Of a stretch of 49,567 nt of DNA, positions 1-11,636 are shown one piece after another (the first letter of the stretch is position 1; each line of letters opens with the position of its first letter). Source of the DNA: Chiloscyllium plagiosum (taxonomy: Eukaryota). The stretch spans positions 3,906,208 to 3,955,774 of the forward strand of contig NC_057751.1 of assembly GCF_004010195.1 (NCBI RefSeq). Reading direction: 5' to 3'. The notes beneath the pieces were generated by a model. It had not been told where the DNA came from, did not search any database, and saw only the letters and a list, made by a program, of their open reading frames with translations. Made by a program: the position numbers and the translations under genes.

Positions 1-403
1 CAACTAGCCACGAAACGACACGACCAGCTATCCTTAGTAGCCACACACGCAGATGACAAGCAACATGACTGGGACAACACTACCATTATAGGGCAAGCCA
101 AACAGAGAACAGCCAGGGAATTCCTAGAGGCATGGCACTCATCCACAGACTCTATCAACAAACACATCGACCTGGACCCAATATACCGGCTACTACAGCG
201 GACAGCTGGAACTGACAACCGGAAGCGGCAGAGACAGGTCACTTTCAATGCCGGAGGAAACCTCACAGAAGCGCTTCACAGGAGGCTCCCAAGCACTGAG
301 GATGTCACCTCGACAGGGGACGAAATGTTTGCAAGACAAATTCCCAGCTTGGCGAACAGAACCACAACAACAAGCACCCGAGCTACAAATCTTCTCCCAA
401 ACT
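1..403 (+). mobile_element. Poseidon-like Penelope-like element (PLE), 3' end: C-terminal GIY-YIG region plus 3' UTR/pseudo-LTR; runs off the window start
   Basis: Encodes ...IIGQAKQRTAREFLEAWHSSTDSINKHIDLDPIY..., nearly identical to the GIY-YIG ORF at 11656-12072. Ends in the same ...ctacaaatcttctc.caaact tail as 12657. Confidence 0.9.
293..332 (+). ncRNA. Minimal type I hammerhead ribozyme motif (Poseidon family)
   Basis: gca-CTGAGGA-t-gtcacct-cgac-aggggac-GAAA-tgtt-tgc: conserved core boxes, stem II hairpin, gca/tgc stem I. Stem III carries a CpG-type change. Confidence 0.75.
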
Positions 404-484
404 GTGATCTATTATCATCACATTGAGTTTGACCCCATCTACCACCCCCTGAGAAAAGGAACAGGAAGTCAATTCAGTAGCACT

Positions 485-632
485 GCAGGCACTCTGCCTC
501 TATTCCTGATGAGGGGCTTTTGCCCGAAACACCGATTTTCCTGCTCCTCGGATGCTGCCTGAATTGCTGTGCTTTTCCAGCACCACTCTAATCCAGAATC
601 TGGTTTCCAGCATCTGCAGTCATTGTTTTTAC
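485..632 (+). mobile_element. Short PLE 3'-end insertion carrying a hammerhead motif (family A)
   Basis: ttc-CTGATGA-ggggc-tttt-gccc-GAAAC at 503-530, followed by the family A tail (ggatgctgcctg...ttttccagcaccac...ccagcatctgcagtc) seen at 1745, 14881, 29936, 43745 and 47146. Confidence 0.85.
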
Positions 633-1744
633 CGAGGAAGTCAATACCAGCACAGTGATTAGGGAACCAGGCTTCAGGAAGATTCACTCTTGATTCCAAC
701 CCTTATGTTTGCACAAGCCCTCGGCAAGACTGAGAATATATACCAGGAAACCACAAAGATTAAAGGTACAGCTTTGGTTCCAGTCTCCTATAAGCAGCAG
801 TTATCACTAACTATTGTAAAAATCTCCGGCCCAAGCTTGATGGGACAGAATTGATTGAGAAAGAATCAACTTGACTGGCTCAATTTTGTTCAATTAGAAA
901 ATGGCTGCCTGACTGAAGTCCTAATAAAATACCCAGACATTTTTCAGGAATCTCTCGGCACTATCAAAGGAGCCAAGTGACCTTACATGTTAATGATGAA
1001 GCAATTCTGCAATGCCCACAACTGCCATTTGCCTTACGTGCAAACATAGCGGCAGGAATCAGGAGGCTGGAAAGCAAAGTAATCATCAAACCAGTACAAT
1101 CTGCAAAATGGGCTAACCATTGAGGATTTTAAGCAAATGGTAAACCACTTCTTGCAGCTGGATAAATACCCAATTCCTCACAGAAAGGATGTGTATGCAA
1201 AAATGGCATGAGGCAGGGAACTGTCCTTTACAAAGCTCGACATTAGCCATGCGTACCTGCAACTACAACTAGATTGACAGTCCCATGTTCAAGATAACCA
1301 TTTGGGGAATTATCAGCCTGCGTCTTTTTCCAGCAGATCATAGAGAACATTTTATAAGGTCTACTCCAGGTTTCCATTTATTTGGATAACTAACAACCGG
1401 GAAGACTAAGAAACTGTACTTGGAGAACTTGGACATACTGCTTATAGAGTTCTCCAAGGCGTACATAGGCCTTAGAAGGGAAAGATGTGTGCTCCAGGCA
1501 CTCAAAGTTACCTTCTTGGGCTACAGAGTTGACAAGACCAGGTTACATCCGTTGGAAGATAAAGTGTGAGTGATCAAATGTGCCCCAGTTCCCACGTCTG
1601 TATTGGAGCTGAGGTCTTTCCTCAGGTTGGTGATTTATTACAGAAAGTTCATGCGCAACCTAGCCTCCATCTTGGCATCCTCAATGATTAGCCTTGAAAA
1701 CAGTCATAGAGCCAAGAAGTAGCCTTTGGGGAAGTGAAATAGCA

Positions 1745-1874
1745 GAAAGTGAGGACTGTAGATGCTGAAGATCAGAGTCAAGAGTGTGGTGCTGGAAACG
1801 CACAGCAGGTCAGGCAGCATCCAAGGAGCAGGAGAATGGACATTTCAGGCATAAGCCCTTCATCAGGAATTCCT
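1745..1874 (-). mobile_element. Short hammerhead-bearing PLE insertion (family A) inside Gypsy pol
   Basis: Reverse copy of the family A tail. Flanked by imperfect direct repeats gaagtgaaatagca (1731-1744) and gaagtgaagtcgca (1875-1888). Confidence 0.85.
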
Positions 1875-3849
1875 GAAGTGAAGTCGCAACTATCGTCATC
1901 TAAGGTGTTGACCAACTATGATCCCATGAGATGTGGTCCTGCCACGTGATGCACCCCCTTACTTCATTGGGGTAGTATTCGCTCACCAGTGGCCCAGTAG
2001 AAAGGAACATCAAATGGCATATTGTTCCTGGACTGTGGCTGATGCCAAATGAAGATATGCCCAGACAGAGAAGGAAGGCTTTACAGTCAGATTTTGGTGA
2101 GAAGGTTCCACCAATATCTTAACAGACGTAAATTAGTTGTAGTAATGGACCACAAATGCCCTATTTGGCTATGCCACCCACAACTTCTAGTCAAATTCAG
2201 CGGTGGGTCCTTATTCTCAGAGCATTCAAGTAGAAGTTGTAACACTGTCCAGGAGGTCAAGTGTCAAATTCAGATGCTTGAGCTGCCTCCTACTGGCATA
2301 TTTATCAGCAGAAGAGGCCGCTCTGGTTTTCAATTTTCAGGATATTCTTCTAGCCACTGCTGACAACATCTGACTGTGGACACAAAGAGATCCCATCCTG
2401 GCAAAATTAAAATAACAGGGCCATCATAACCAACAATGAAACCTTTCTGGATCTAGAGAGACCAGATCACAGTAGAGGGCTGCATATTATTATTAATAAG
2501 AATGATTGTCTCGAGTAAAGGCTACCACCAGATACTGGCTAAATTCCACCAGGGGTATTCCATGGGCATACAAAATGAAGATGTTAGCAGGAAGTTAAGT
2601 CTCGTGGCCAGGACTGGATGCCAACATGGCCATGTTGGTGGAGTAGTGCCCAGAGTGTTATCAAGGACAAGAATTACCACCAGCAGCTCCCACATTCATG
2701 GGAATGGCTGTGTGAATCATGAACAAGGTTTTACATCGACCATGCTGGTCATTTCATGGGCTTCATGTTCCTGGTTCTTGTGGTTACCCATTCAAAGTGG
2801 TTGGACGTGCATTGAGTTCATTCATCAAACTGGGGGATGATGAGTGAAAAGCTGCAGCATCATTCATGATACAATGACTCCTCGAAGTATCAGTCATGGA
2901 CAATAGAATGCCATTTACCAGCAGGATTTCGAGTATTTCCAAAAGTCAAATAGTATTCACAATGTTCGGACAGCTCCATATCATCCATTGTCCACAGGTA
3001 TAAAGGAAAGAAAGTCCAAATGTTGCAGGCAGCCTGAAAGACACAGCTGACAGCTTCATTCAATACCAAACCATCCCAGTTCCTGTTTGATTGTCGGACC
3101 ACCCCTCATGCAAGTACAGGGATTGCTCCAGCAGAATTGCCGATGGGAAGAAGACTCTGTGCCAGGTTAAACGTGATGGACCAAGGTTGGAAGTGAAACC
3201 GTATCAGGAATGCCAATGCCAGTCACATGCTCCTCTAAGCAAGAGAGACAGTTTACTTCAGGGGATGAAGTTTGGCATCAAAACCACAGAAATGGCCCTG
3301 CAAGGGTACAAACTAAGGTTGATGCAAGTCAGGTCCTGTGACATACAAAATTCAGTTGGTTGAGGCGGTCCTGAACGAACATGTGGATCACATGAAAGCT
3401 GCTACCTCACAAATAGATCAGAAGCAAAACATATCCAGCCTCTTAGAACAGCCCGAAAGCTGTCAGAAACAGTGGGTTCTCCCCCTCCATCTATCGAAGA
3501 AATCTTCAAGTCCAAGACGGATGCAGCCGATGTCGCAACCCTAACACCATTACCGCCTGAAGAGGAAGAATTTCTTCTCACACGCTCCAGATGCAAGAGA
3601 TGCATTACGATCCAGTGCAGACCAACTCTGTCCAAGTCAGAGTCGGAAGAATCAGACCTGGGATCAAAACATCCCATGAGAAGCTACAATAAAAATAATA
3701 GGCCATATTTCTCAACTTCAGTGGGAAAGGGAGGGACTGACTGCAATGAAATTGGCTCGGTAGGTCTCATTGACGAGGAGTTCCCTAATTGGGGCTGTTA
3801 CCCTGAGCCAATCAGGGAGTCCTGGCTGATAGATATCAAGAGGAGTCCA

Positions 3850-4212
3850 CCCTCCCCTTCACTGTTTGATCACACAGCAGTGCCCTTTGACGTGAAGGGC
3901 ACTGCTTGTCACTGGCCACTTGGGTGTTTCCTTTCTTCCTGGTGGTGGAAATTGAATAAAGATTCGTACACCTTGTGTCTCACACCTGCACACACACAAC
4001 ATGGGTGCTGGGGAAAAAAATAAGCACTACCGCAGTTAGGCGGGAGTGTGGGGGTTAGCAGTAAAAAAGAAAAAAATCAAGAGGAGTCCACCCTCCCCTT
4101 CACTGTTTGATCACACAGCATTGCCCTTTGATGTGAAGGGTACTGCTTGTCACTGACCACTTGGGTGTTTCCTTCCTTCCTGATGGTGGAAATTTGAATA
4201 AAGAAAAAACAA
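3850..4212 (+). mobile_element. Two tandem poly(A)-tailed non-LTR retroelement 3' ends (possibly L1/Tx1-like) inserted in the Gypsy LTR
   Basis: 15-bp direct repeat atcaagaggagtcca at 3835-3849, 4076-4090 and 4213-4227. Both units start ccctccccttcactg, contain a hairpin (agcagtgccctt/aagggcactgct) and AATAAA, and end in A-rich tails. Confidence 0.7.
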
Positions 4213-4349
4213 ATCAAGAGGAGTCCATGGAGTTCTCCTCACTCTGTGAACTGGCTCTCAGTTAGCTTGTCAGAGTCCACCTACTGTGCAGGTATAAATA
4301 AAGGGTGACTTGCTGATGGGATCCAGCATCTGTGGACTTACTCCACTTC

Positions 4350-4723
4350 GTTAGAGTTAAAAGCTGCTGCTGCTGTTGGAATTACATGTTAGACAAGGTA
4401 TCTTAGTGAATTTATCTTTACCAAGTATATGTTATGGGATGTGACTACATTGGAACAGTTAATTAGCATTAATATTTTGATATTTCAATATAGTATGCAT
4501 TTCAATATTGTTAGCATTAAGCCAATTCTTTTGTTTTTATTTTGTCTGCACTTTGATTATAGTGTAAAATTAAAGTATGTTTTGTTTAAAATTGAGTAGT
4601 TTGACCAATCAAATTACATCGAGAACATAATGCCTTACACTTACCTTTTTTAAAGAAAGAAAATGTTCGGGTCGAGACTATCTTTTAATTTGTATTTTGC
4701 AGGGTTCAGTCTGGTCCATAACA
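4350..4723 (+). mobile_element. 3' portion of an LTR-like repeat
   Basis: Ends ...ggtccataaca, the same ..CATAACA terminus as the solo LTR ending at 13099. AT-rich U5-like composition. Confidence 0.45.
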
Positions 4724-5599
4724 GACAGCTATTTATAGGTGTCTACAAGCTTCTAATGATTTGTGACCCTGAACACACAATTGTCTTTATTCACCTGGAG
4801 CTCCAAAATTCTCATACTCAGCAAACACTCAAGTTATCTTTCTTGGATCCCAAGTCAATGACCTCACACACATATGGTGAACTTCATTTTGGCCAATTTT
4901 TTTCCCATTCATTAAAATAGTCAATATTCCTTTGCAACTTCTTGCCTCCAAACTTGCTGTCATGCCTAATGTCAGGTCATTTTTTTGATCTCTGATCTTG
5001 TTTGAAACCTGTTAATTTAAATCCTGTTTCCTCAACTGACACAGGCCAAGCCAAGTAGACTGCTTACATCAACTTCATCTGTGTCTCACTGCATCTAAAA
5101 CTTAGATCATGACCTCCTATTGCTTTCAATGGAAGAAATAATGAGGTGGGAAAAAGTTAATGTTCTGTGAATCGTAGAGTTAAGTGAGACTCACAGTTTG
5201 GGGCAAAATGGGTTGTTACTTTTTCAAAAAATATAATCTGAAATTTTTTTCCCAAACACAAGTTCTGAAGTGTTCTATTAGTTGAGTTCTTGACCTCAGT
5301 CAGAGAAATCTGTCAAGCAGGATGGCAAGCAGAGGCAAGGTATTTCCTTTAACTAAGCCAGTGCAATTTCAATTTCTCAAAAGCACAAGTTTAAGTCGTT
5401 AAAGAATAGAAGCATGAGTGGCTAACACTGACAAGGTAATTCTTTCGTTGAAGAAAAGATGCAGGGAGAATGGCAGAGGAGCAGAGTTCCTTGTGTGGAT
5501 TGCATTTTCGAAAGAAGAGTCAAGAAAATATAACGACTAAGAAAATGAAGTCAGCCTTTTTTTTTCCAATCCTTAAATAATACAGCATGTCCATTTGGA

Positions 5600-5840
5600 T
5601 TTTTCTTTGAGAGGGCTGAGTCTTTGGAATATCTTGCCCACGGAGTAGCGAAGGCAGAGTCCTTACGTATACTTAAGGCTGAGATAAATAAATTCTTGAT
5701 CAGTTCGGGGTTCAAGGGTGATGGGGAAGGGACAGGAAAGTAATTTTGAGAAAGGTGTCAGATCAGCCATGTTCCTTTTCAATTGCACAGCACGCTCAAG
5801 GGCCCGAACAGCCTCTCCTGTTCGCCTATTTCTTATGAAA
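5600..5840 (+). mobile_element. CR1-type LINE 3' fragment
   Basis: Resembles the other CR1 3' ends in the window (ttaaggctgagata...gatcagccatg...ctcaagggcccgaa...cctatttcttatg). Confidence 0.7.
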
Positions 5841-6204
5841 TGAAGGTCTTATTTTTGCTTAAGTTAGTAAGCAGCCTTTCAGGTAAAGTACAGCTTGTTC
5901 CAAATCATTTCATTCAATTTCATGTCTTCCTGTATCAAACGCATTTGAAACTAACAATTGCAATAAAGGAATAATAATACAGTATTTCCTTGATAACAAA
6001 AAAAACTTGACTATGGTTTGTTCGGCTGCAAGAAATTAGATCTTTATTTGTAAAGAGAAGTCATACAGCAGTCCTGGTGCATATTACAAGGCTGAACATG
6101 CCTTGTTTACATGAAATTAAACCCGCAACACTTCAGTACAAAGATGCAAAGTAAGTCACAATTACTCGTGCCATCTGATGACATACATGTGATGAGACAG
6201 GCAG

Positions 6205-6625
6205 TAGGAACTATAGTTCTGTCAGTAGCATTCTTGCCTCAGAGTCAGAAGATTGTGGATTTACTCAAGAACTTTAAACATAAAGTCTCGAATGACAAGT
6301 CAATACAGTATTGAAGAAGTGCTGCTGTGTCCAAGGTGCTCACAGGTGAGACATTGAAGGCTCTTTGATCAAACTGAGCAATTCTATTGCATGATTTCAA
6401 AGAATGACAGCAGTTCACCACTGACCCAGTGAATCCTGTTACCTTAAATGAATGATATCCCGTTGCCCTTTGAGAGACTTGGTTGTGCATAGAATAGTTT
6501 GCCCGCTCCCTTCCTTAAGACAGTGATGACTGCTCACAAGTCCTTAATTAGCAATCAAGTTCTAAATTGTTTTGGGACATCCTGAAGGCGTAAAAAAGTT
6601 TATAAATGCAAGATGGTCTTTCACT
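6205..6625 (+). mobile_element. Old tRNA-derived SINE, SacSINE1/Deu-SINE-like
   Basis: tRNA-like head (agcattcttgcctcagagtcagaagattgtgg) and a characteristic tail (gggacatcctga...tataaatgcaag..tctttc), recognised by eye. Confidence 0.5.
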
Positions 6626-7310
6626 TGATGACCTCCATATGATCAGCTCAAACATGGGTCACAGTACTTCATATAAGATTCTAACATCGATTCAAAAACC
6701 TTGCCTAAATTTTAAGACAACCAGAATATTTATTAAAACACTGGTGATTTGCTGTTTGCAAATATTTCTTCAGGGATAGGATTCCATGTCATAATCCTAA
6801 CCTAACTCCCTCATCAGAACTTGCTTTCTGAATATTACAAACAATGGTACGTCGTAGCTTGGTGGATAAAATGATCATCTGCATGAGAAGAACAAATACA
6901 TTCTGTATTTTTGTCTCAGTTAAAAATATAAGTTGTGTCAAAATGGGGAGGATAGATCTAAACTTCAAAGTTGACAGCAAGAGCTTGGAAGCTATTGGAC
7001 TTATTAACGCTCAAACTTAGTAGGTTTAATTGAATTAAACAAATATGCTTTGAGCACACTTCGAAACCAATGTCCTGCTAAAATGATGTTGCTTTTCCTC
7101 CATCCGTTACTTCATATCCCAGATAATTATACAGCACTGTACAAAATAATACAAAACATTATCACTTTCCAAAGAGTAATTCATTTCCTGCTAAAATGTT
7201 AATTATGGAGGACACTTCCAATTAAATACAAATTTACCAAATTAAGTCCCTAATACCTCAAAAATACCTCCTCTCATAGGATTATATGACAAAACCTTAT
7301 TCTGCAATTG

Positions 7311-7324
7311 GTCTCCATGGTAAC
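7311..7324. promoter_or_regulatory. RFX X-box motif
   Basis: GTCTCCATGGTAAC matches the X-box consensus GTHNYY-AT-RRNAAC and lies in non-repeat sequence. Confidence 0.4.
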
Positions 7325-8102
7325 CATAAGTAGTGAACGTGTCTCAGTTAATAATCTGAATTAGAGACTGGGCTCCATCTGTATTCATCATGGCTTTGGT
7401 AAAAGTTGCATTATCCCTTCCAAATAGTCTACTTTTTATTTCCAAGTCAAATTCATTTGTCCAAAGATCAACCCATTACTTAATTCCTCACACACTACTC
7501 CTGACTTAGTGCTGTATTGCCCCTCAGTGAACAAAAGCACTGTAGTCAAACTTTAATAACCTTCAAGTGAAAACAATGATGACGCAATACTTTTTGAAAT
7601 TCCCCATATCTTAACAGCGTATTCTGCTGAGCATTAAAGGCTCCAGTTACTCATAAGCCAAAAACATATGAACCAAAACCACTTAAATTGCCATTTCACT
7701 GATTTCACAGATTCTCTGCCACACAATTGGAAACATGAAATTGAAAAAAAAATTAATATCTTACTTCATGAGCAATAATAAATGATTGCATCATGGCATT
7801 AAGAATCACAAACTCAAAATTTACAGCCAAGGATATTCTGACCTCCAAGTTAAAGGTGATATCTACTAAGACTTAAAAAAAATCAGAAAAAGGAACACTT
7901 TTCAAATAAATGTGTACAAATTCAAGAGAGTTAATTAAGATCATGCTTGGTTAATAGGCCAAATCAGATTACTGAGATAATGTAAGCTATCATGTAATGT
8001 CCTCAATTTTGGTAAACTCTGACTAATTTAAATTCAAAGATGTCATAGCAGATATGTATTTTAACTGTGCAAGTGATCTGTTACAGTTTACACACAGTTT
8101 GA

Positions 8103-8116
8103 GTTCCTATGGCAAC
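8103..8116. promoter_or_regulatory. RFX X-box motif
   Basis: GTTCCTATGGCAAC, a strong palindromic X-box match about 790 bp from the first. Confidence 0.45.
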
Positions 8117-8431
8117 AACATTCAAACTAAATGTGGCTGGCAGATGGATCTGCCTTGCAAGTCCACAAATTGCCCTGGAAAATCCACCTGGGGTGGGGGT
8201 GATTACTTGTCTCTGTTTGGTACACATGTTGGGAAGTTGAATACAGGGAAAGAGAGAAGAGCTGCTCCTCTAATTCTCTGCTATACCTTCTGCTGTAGAT
8301 GGCACACTTCAACTAAAACTGGATCAGGACCCATCTTTAGACGAAGCTGGTATTGGACCTCACTTTTGCCGAGGTTGGGATCGAAATCTACCTTCGGTGG
8401 AGGTCAGGAACTCCATCTCCAGTGACAGACT

Positions 8432-9171
8432 TGTTATGAAGGCGTAAGGGGTACTGTACCTTTAAGAGAGTTAAAAGCTAGCAGAAGTACCTGACACAGC
8501 ACCAAGTGTTCTGAACAAGGTAACAATGTAACATGTGGTCGAACAGTTAGATTAGCTGGATTGCCTGGAGACAAAAAAAAATCAAATTCAGCCAATCAGT
8601 TTAAATTATGCCCCAAAATGCCAAATTCCAATCAGGTTTGAATTTAGTATTTTGACAATATTAACACCAATAAAACAATCCAATTCATTGGGGTATAAAA
8701 CAGAAACAAAATTGAACAGTTGGAGGAGAACTGCCCAAAGACCAACAGATGTAGGCTGCTCGTCAGAACTCTCTGAGAGATACCTGTCGAGAGAAGGAGT
8801 TTGCACACAGAAAAAAACATTGACACTGACCTGAAGAGCAAATCTACAGAAGAAGGTACAAAGAGAAGATTCAACAGCTGGCTGATTTTGAAACGTGAAT
8901 CTTTCAGTAAGTCTTAGTCAGGGGGGTTTGATTGGATTAGTATTGTAGAGGGGAAGGTCAAAGATAAGTTAGAGAAAGGAGTTATAAATAGTTGTGAATT
9001 AATTATTCTCTGTTAGACTTTAAAAAATAAAATTGTTAATTTTTACTTTAAATAGTGACCTTTGGAAATAGTTCCTTGCCTCTCGAATTTTAACTGATTA
9101 CAGCAATGGGTTAAATCATTTCTGTGTTGCAGGTTTAAATTATCTGGGGGGGGTTACCCCATCTCAGAACA
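8432..9171 (+). mobile_element. Solo LTR
   Basis: TGTTATGA...TCAGAACA termini and gact TSD (8428-8431 / 9172-9175). CCAAT boxes at 8592, 8628, 8667 and 8680; TATAAAA at 8694; AATAAA at ~9027. Homologous along its length to 11374-13099. Confidence 0.85.
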
Positions 9172-9261
9172 GACTGGAGATTGGGAAAGAAGCAGCTACA
9201 AGAGGGCTGTAGGAGAAGGGGAACCAGTCTGCAAGGAGGAGAGAAAGAAGCAATAAAGAGA

Positions 9262-9372
9262 CTCATCTAAAGAGTCACACTAGACTCAAAACAGTAACTC
9301 TGTTTCTTTCTCCACAGATGCTAGCACACCTGCTGAGCTTCTTCAGCAATTTCTGCATTTGTAACAGATTTG
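9262..9372 (+). mobile_element. Decayed PLE 3'-end with degenerate hammerhead (family B-like)
   Basis: ctaaagagtcacactagactcaaaacagtaactctg...tctccacagatgct...cctgctgag, similar to 25126-25262. Confidence 0.6.
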
Positions 9373-9624
9373 TGCATGTGCAATGAAAACTCACAAGCTC
9401 TGTGCTCATTGGTCTGTTTAGCTGATGGCTTCTTGCTTGTAGAAGTGTCATTTATTTTTAAGAGAGCATTTGTTGTTAACTCACGCCTCTTGTCCATTCA
9501 AGGATTGTGGTATTAAGGAAATTAATGCTTTTATTGGCTGTTGTGGCTTTAAGTTCAATGGAGAGCTGGGATATCGATGACCTTTTCTAATTTTGTTTCT
9601 GACTCCATATGTCCCAAATGTCAA

Positions 9625-9880
9625 CACAAAATCAGCCCATTGAGCCTGCACCCACCCTCTAAAATGCATCCTACCCAGACCCACCCCATGCCCATAACCC
9701 CACATTTACCATGGTTAATCTGAGCCTGCACAACCTGTGGATATTATGGAGCAATTTAGCTTGGCCAATCCACCTAACTGGCACAACTTTGATTTGTGGG
9801 AGGAAACCGGAGCACCTGGCGGAAACCCATACAGACAAGGGGAGAACATGCAAACACCACACAGTCATCCAAGGCTGGAG
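9625..9880 (-). mobile_element. HE1-type SINE, partial
   Basis: Reverse complement matches the body of the copy at 38184-38505. Confidence 0.8.
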
Positions 9881-10689
9881 TATCTTAGCTATGATGAGTG
9901 TTGATAGATATGATAGATAGAATGATAGATACAGTTATTATTACTAATTTACTGTTCCAATATAGTAAAATCCCATAAACACACCCTTGCCAAAAAGGCA
10001 AATTCAGATAACAGATTGTCTCACATGCAGTTCTCCAATCCAAGAGGCAAAACACATCGTAAGACAACTTTGACAGAGCAAGTGCAGCAGCCAGAAGAAA
10101 TTCATTGCCTTCCAACTTGCTGAACAACTGCTGAAAGCTAACGTAATTCAGGATCTCCAAGAGTTGACCACACCCACTCAGGCTGCTTCTATTGTTCCAA
10201 CTTTCAAAAAAACCCAAGGCCTAACAAATTGTTTATCTTATTATAGACTGCTTGTTATCTGTTCCCCCAATCTCTGTCTGAAACACATCTCTTCAAGCTG
10301 CAGCATTGATTTCTTTCTGAACATGTGACAATGTCTTGACTAAATAATACGTAGGATTTTCTAAACCACAAACAATACTTCAAAGCAGTTCTGTCCTTAT
10401 CTGCATACTTGAAAGGAATGATGGATACAATGAAATTTTCATGATGGAGATCATCCTCTTCTTTTCTTTCAAAGGAGCCTGTTGCCAACTCAGAGCAAGG
10501 TTAATCTCACTTAGGTATTTTTACAGATAGCTCTGTTTCTTTGTCCTCTCGTCAACTTAATTTCTCCTTGCAGCTTTGCAATGATGAGAAAATGCTGATC
10601 TCTATTCAGCCTCCCTGAGGATCATCACGCCAATAGCCTTCAAATAAACGTCAAGTCACCATCGCCTGACCATACCAACAAGCTGCTAT

Positions 10690-10852
10690 TTCATTAGACA
10701 GACACACACTTGGTGGCAGTTCAAGCTGAAAAATCACTACACCACATGAGAGGGGAGGAGTTGGGAAGGAGGAGCATAGTAACCTCAGCTGATGCAGAGA
10801 TTTAACCCATGCTGTTGGCATCAACTAGTCATCCAGCCAATTGAGCTAAACC
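10690..10852 (-). mobile_element. tRNA-derived SINE fragment
   Basis: Minus strand begins ggtttagctcaattggctgga...tgggttaaatc (A/B-box-like). Confidence 0.5.
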
Positions 10853-11636
10853 ATCTTTCAAATAGGCAGAGCAGGTAGAGCAATTGCACAAAGTAATCAG
10901 GAAAACTAATACATTGTTCTAATGAATAATGAGAGGAATTTAATACATAAGTGAAGATGTGTTTCGATTATACAAGGCATTGGTAAAAGCCTTATTAGAG
11001 TACAATGCACAGCAAGTGTTACCTTCCTTAAGAAAGTAAATGTATTAGAAACAGCTCAGAGAAGGATTAGCAGACCAATATCTGGAGTGAAGAGAAATTG
11101 AATAGGGTCAGCTTGTATCTGTTGAAGTTTAAAAGAATAAGAGCTGACTTAACTGAAATGTAAGAAATTCTGAGAGTTCTTGACAGAGTAGATGTGGAGA
11201 GGATATTTCCTCATATGGTAGGATCTAGAATTAGGTTATTGCTCATAATCAGGGATCACCCATTTAAAACAAAAACAATTGATTTTCTCTTTTAAGTTCA
11301 TGAGTCTTAGGAGCTTTTTCCTGAAAAGATGGGTGAAACAGGCTCCTTGAGTATTCGTCAGGCAAAGACAGATTGTTATGAAGATGTAGGTATATCTTTA
11401 AGAGAATTAAAAGCAGCAGAACTACCGGACAACAGCACCAAGTGTTCTCAATAAGGTGACAATGTTACACTGGGTCAAACTACTCGATTAGTTTGTTACT
11501 TGGAGACAAAAACAAATTTGAATTCAGCCAATCAGTTTAAATTATACTCGAAACATAACAAACTCCAATCAAGTTTGAATTGAGTATACTGACAATCTTA
11601 AAAGCCAATGACACAATCCGATACTTTGCAGTATAA

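Larger units (their letters stand above)
634..4345 (+). mobile_element. Degenerate Gypsy/Ty3 LTR retrotransposon (protease-RT-RNaseH-integrase pseudogene plus 3' LTR), 5'-truncated
   Basis: Frameshifted motifs in Gypsy order: EVNTSTVI (decayed protease D-T-G region, ~637), GPSLMG (~828), RT/RNaseH remnants, integrase HSKWLD (~2788), decayed SDNG.PFTS (~2895) and TAPYHP (~2970). Polypurine tract at 3720-3736, then an LTR-like segment with CCAAT (~3808) and AATAAA (~4297) ending in ...CA at 4345. Confidence 0.85.

Noticed and set aside
3472..4023. 183-aa ORF
   Set aside because: Runs across the decayed Gypsy 3' region, the LTR and a nested insertion; no coherent domain.
3835..4227. CRISPR-like direct repeats
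   Set aside because: Only three 15-bp repeats, the intervening sequences are long and homologous to each other, and the context is eukaryotic; better explained as TSDs.
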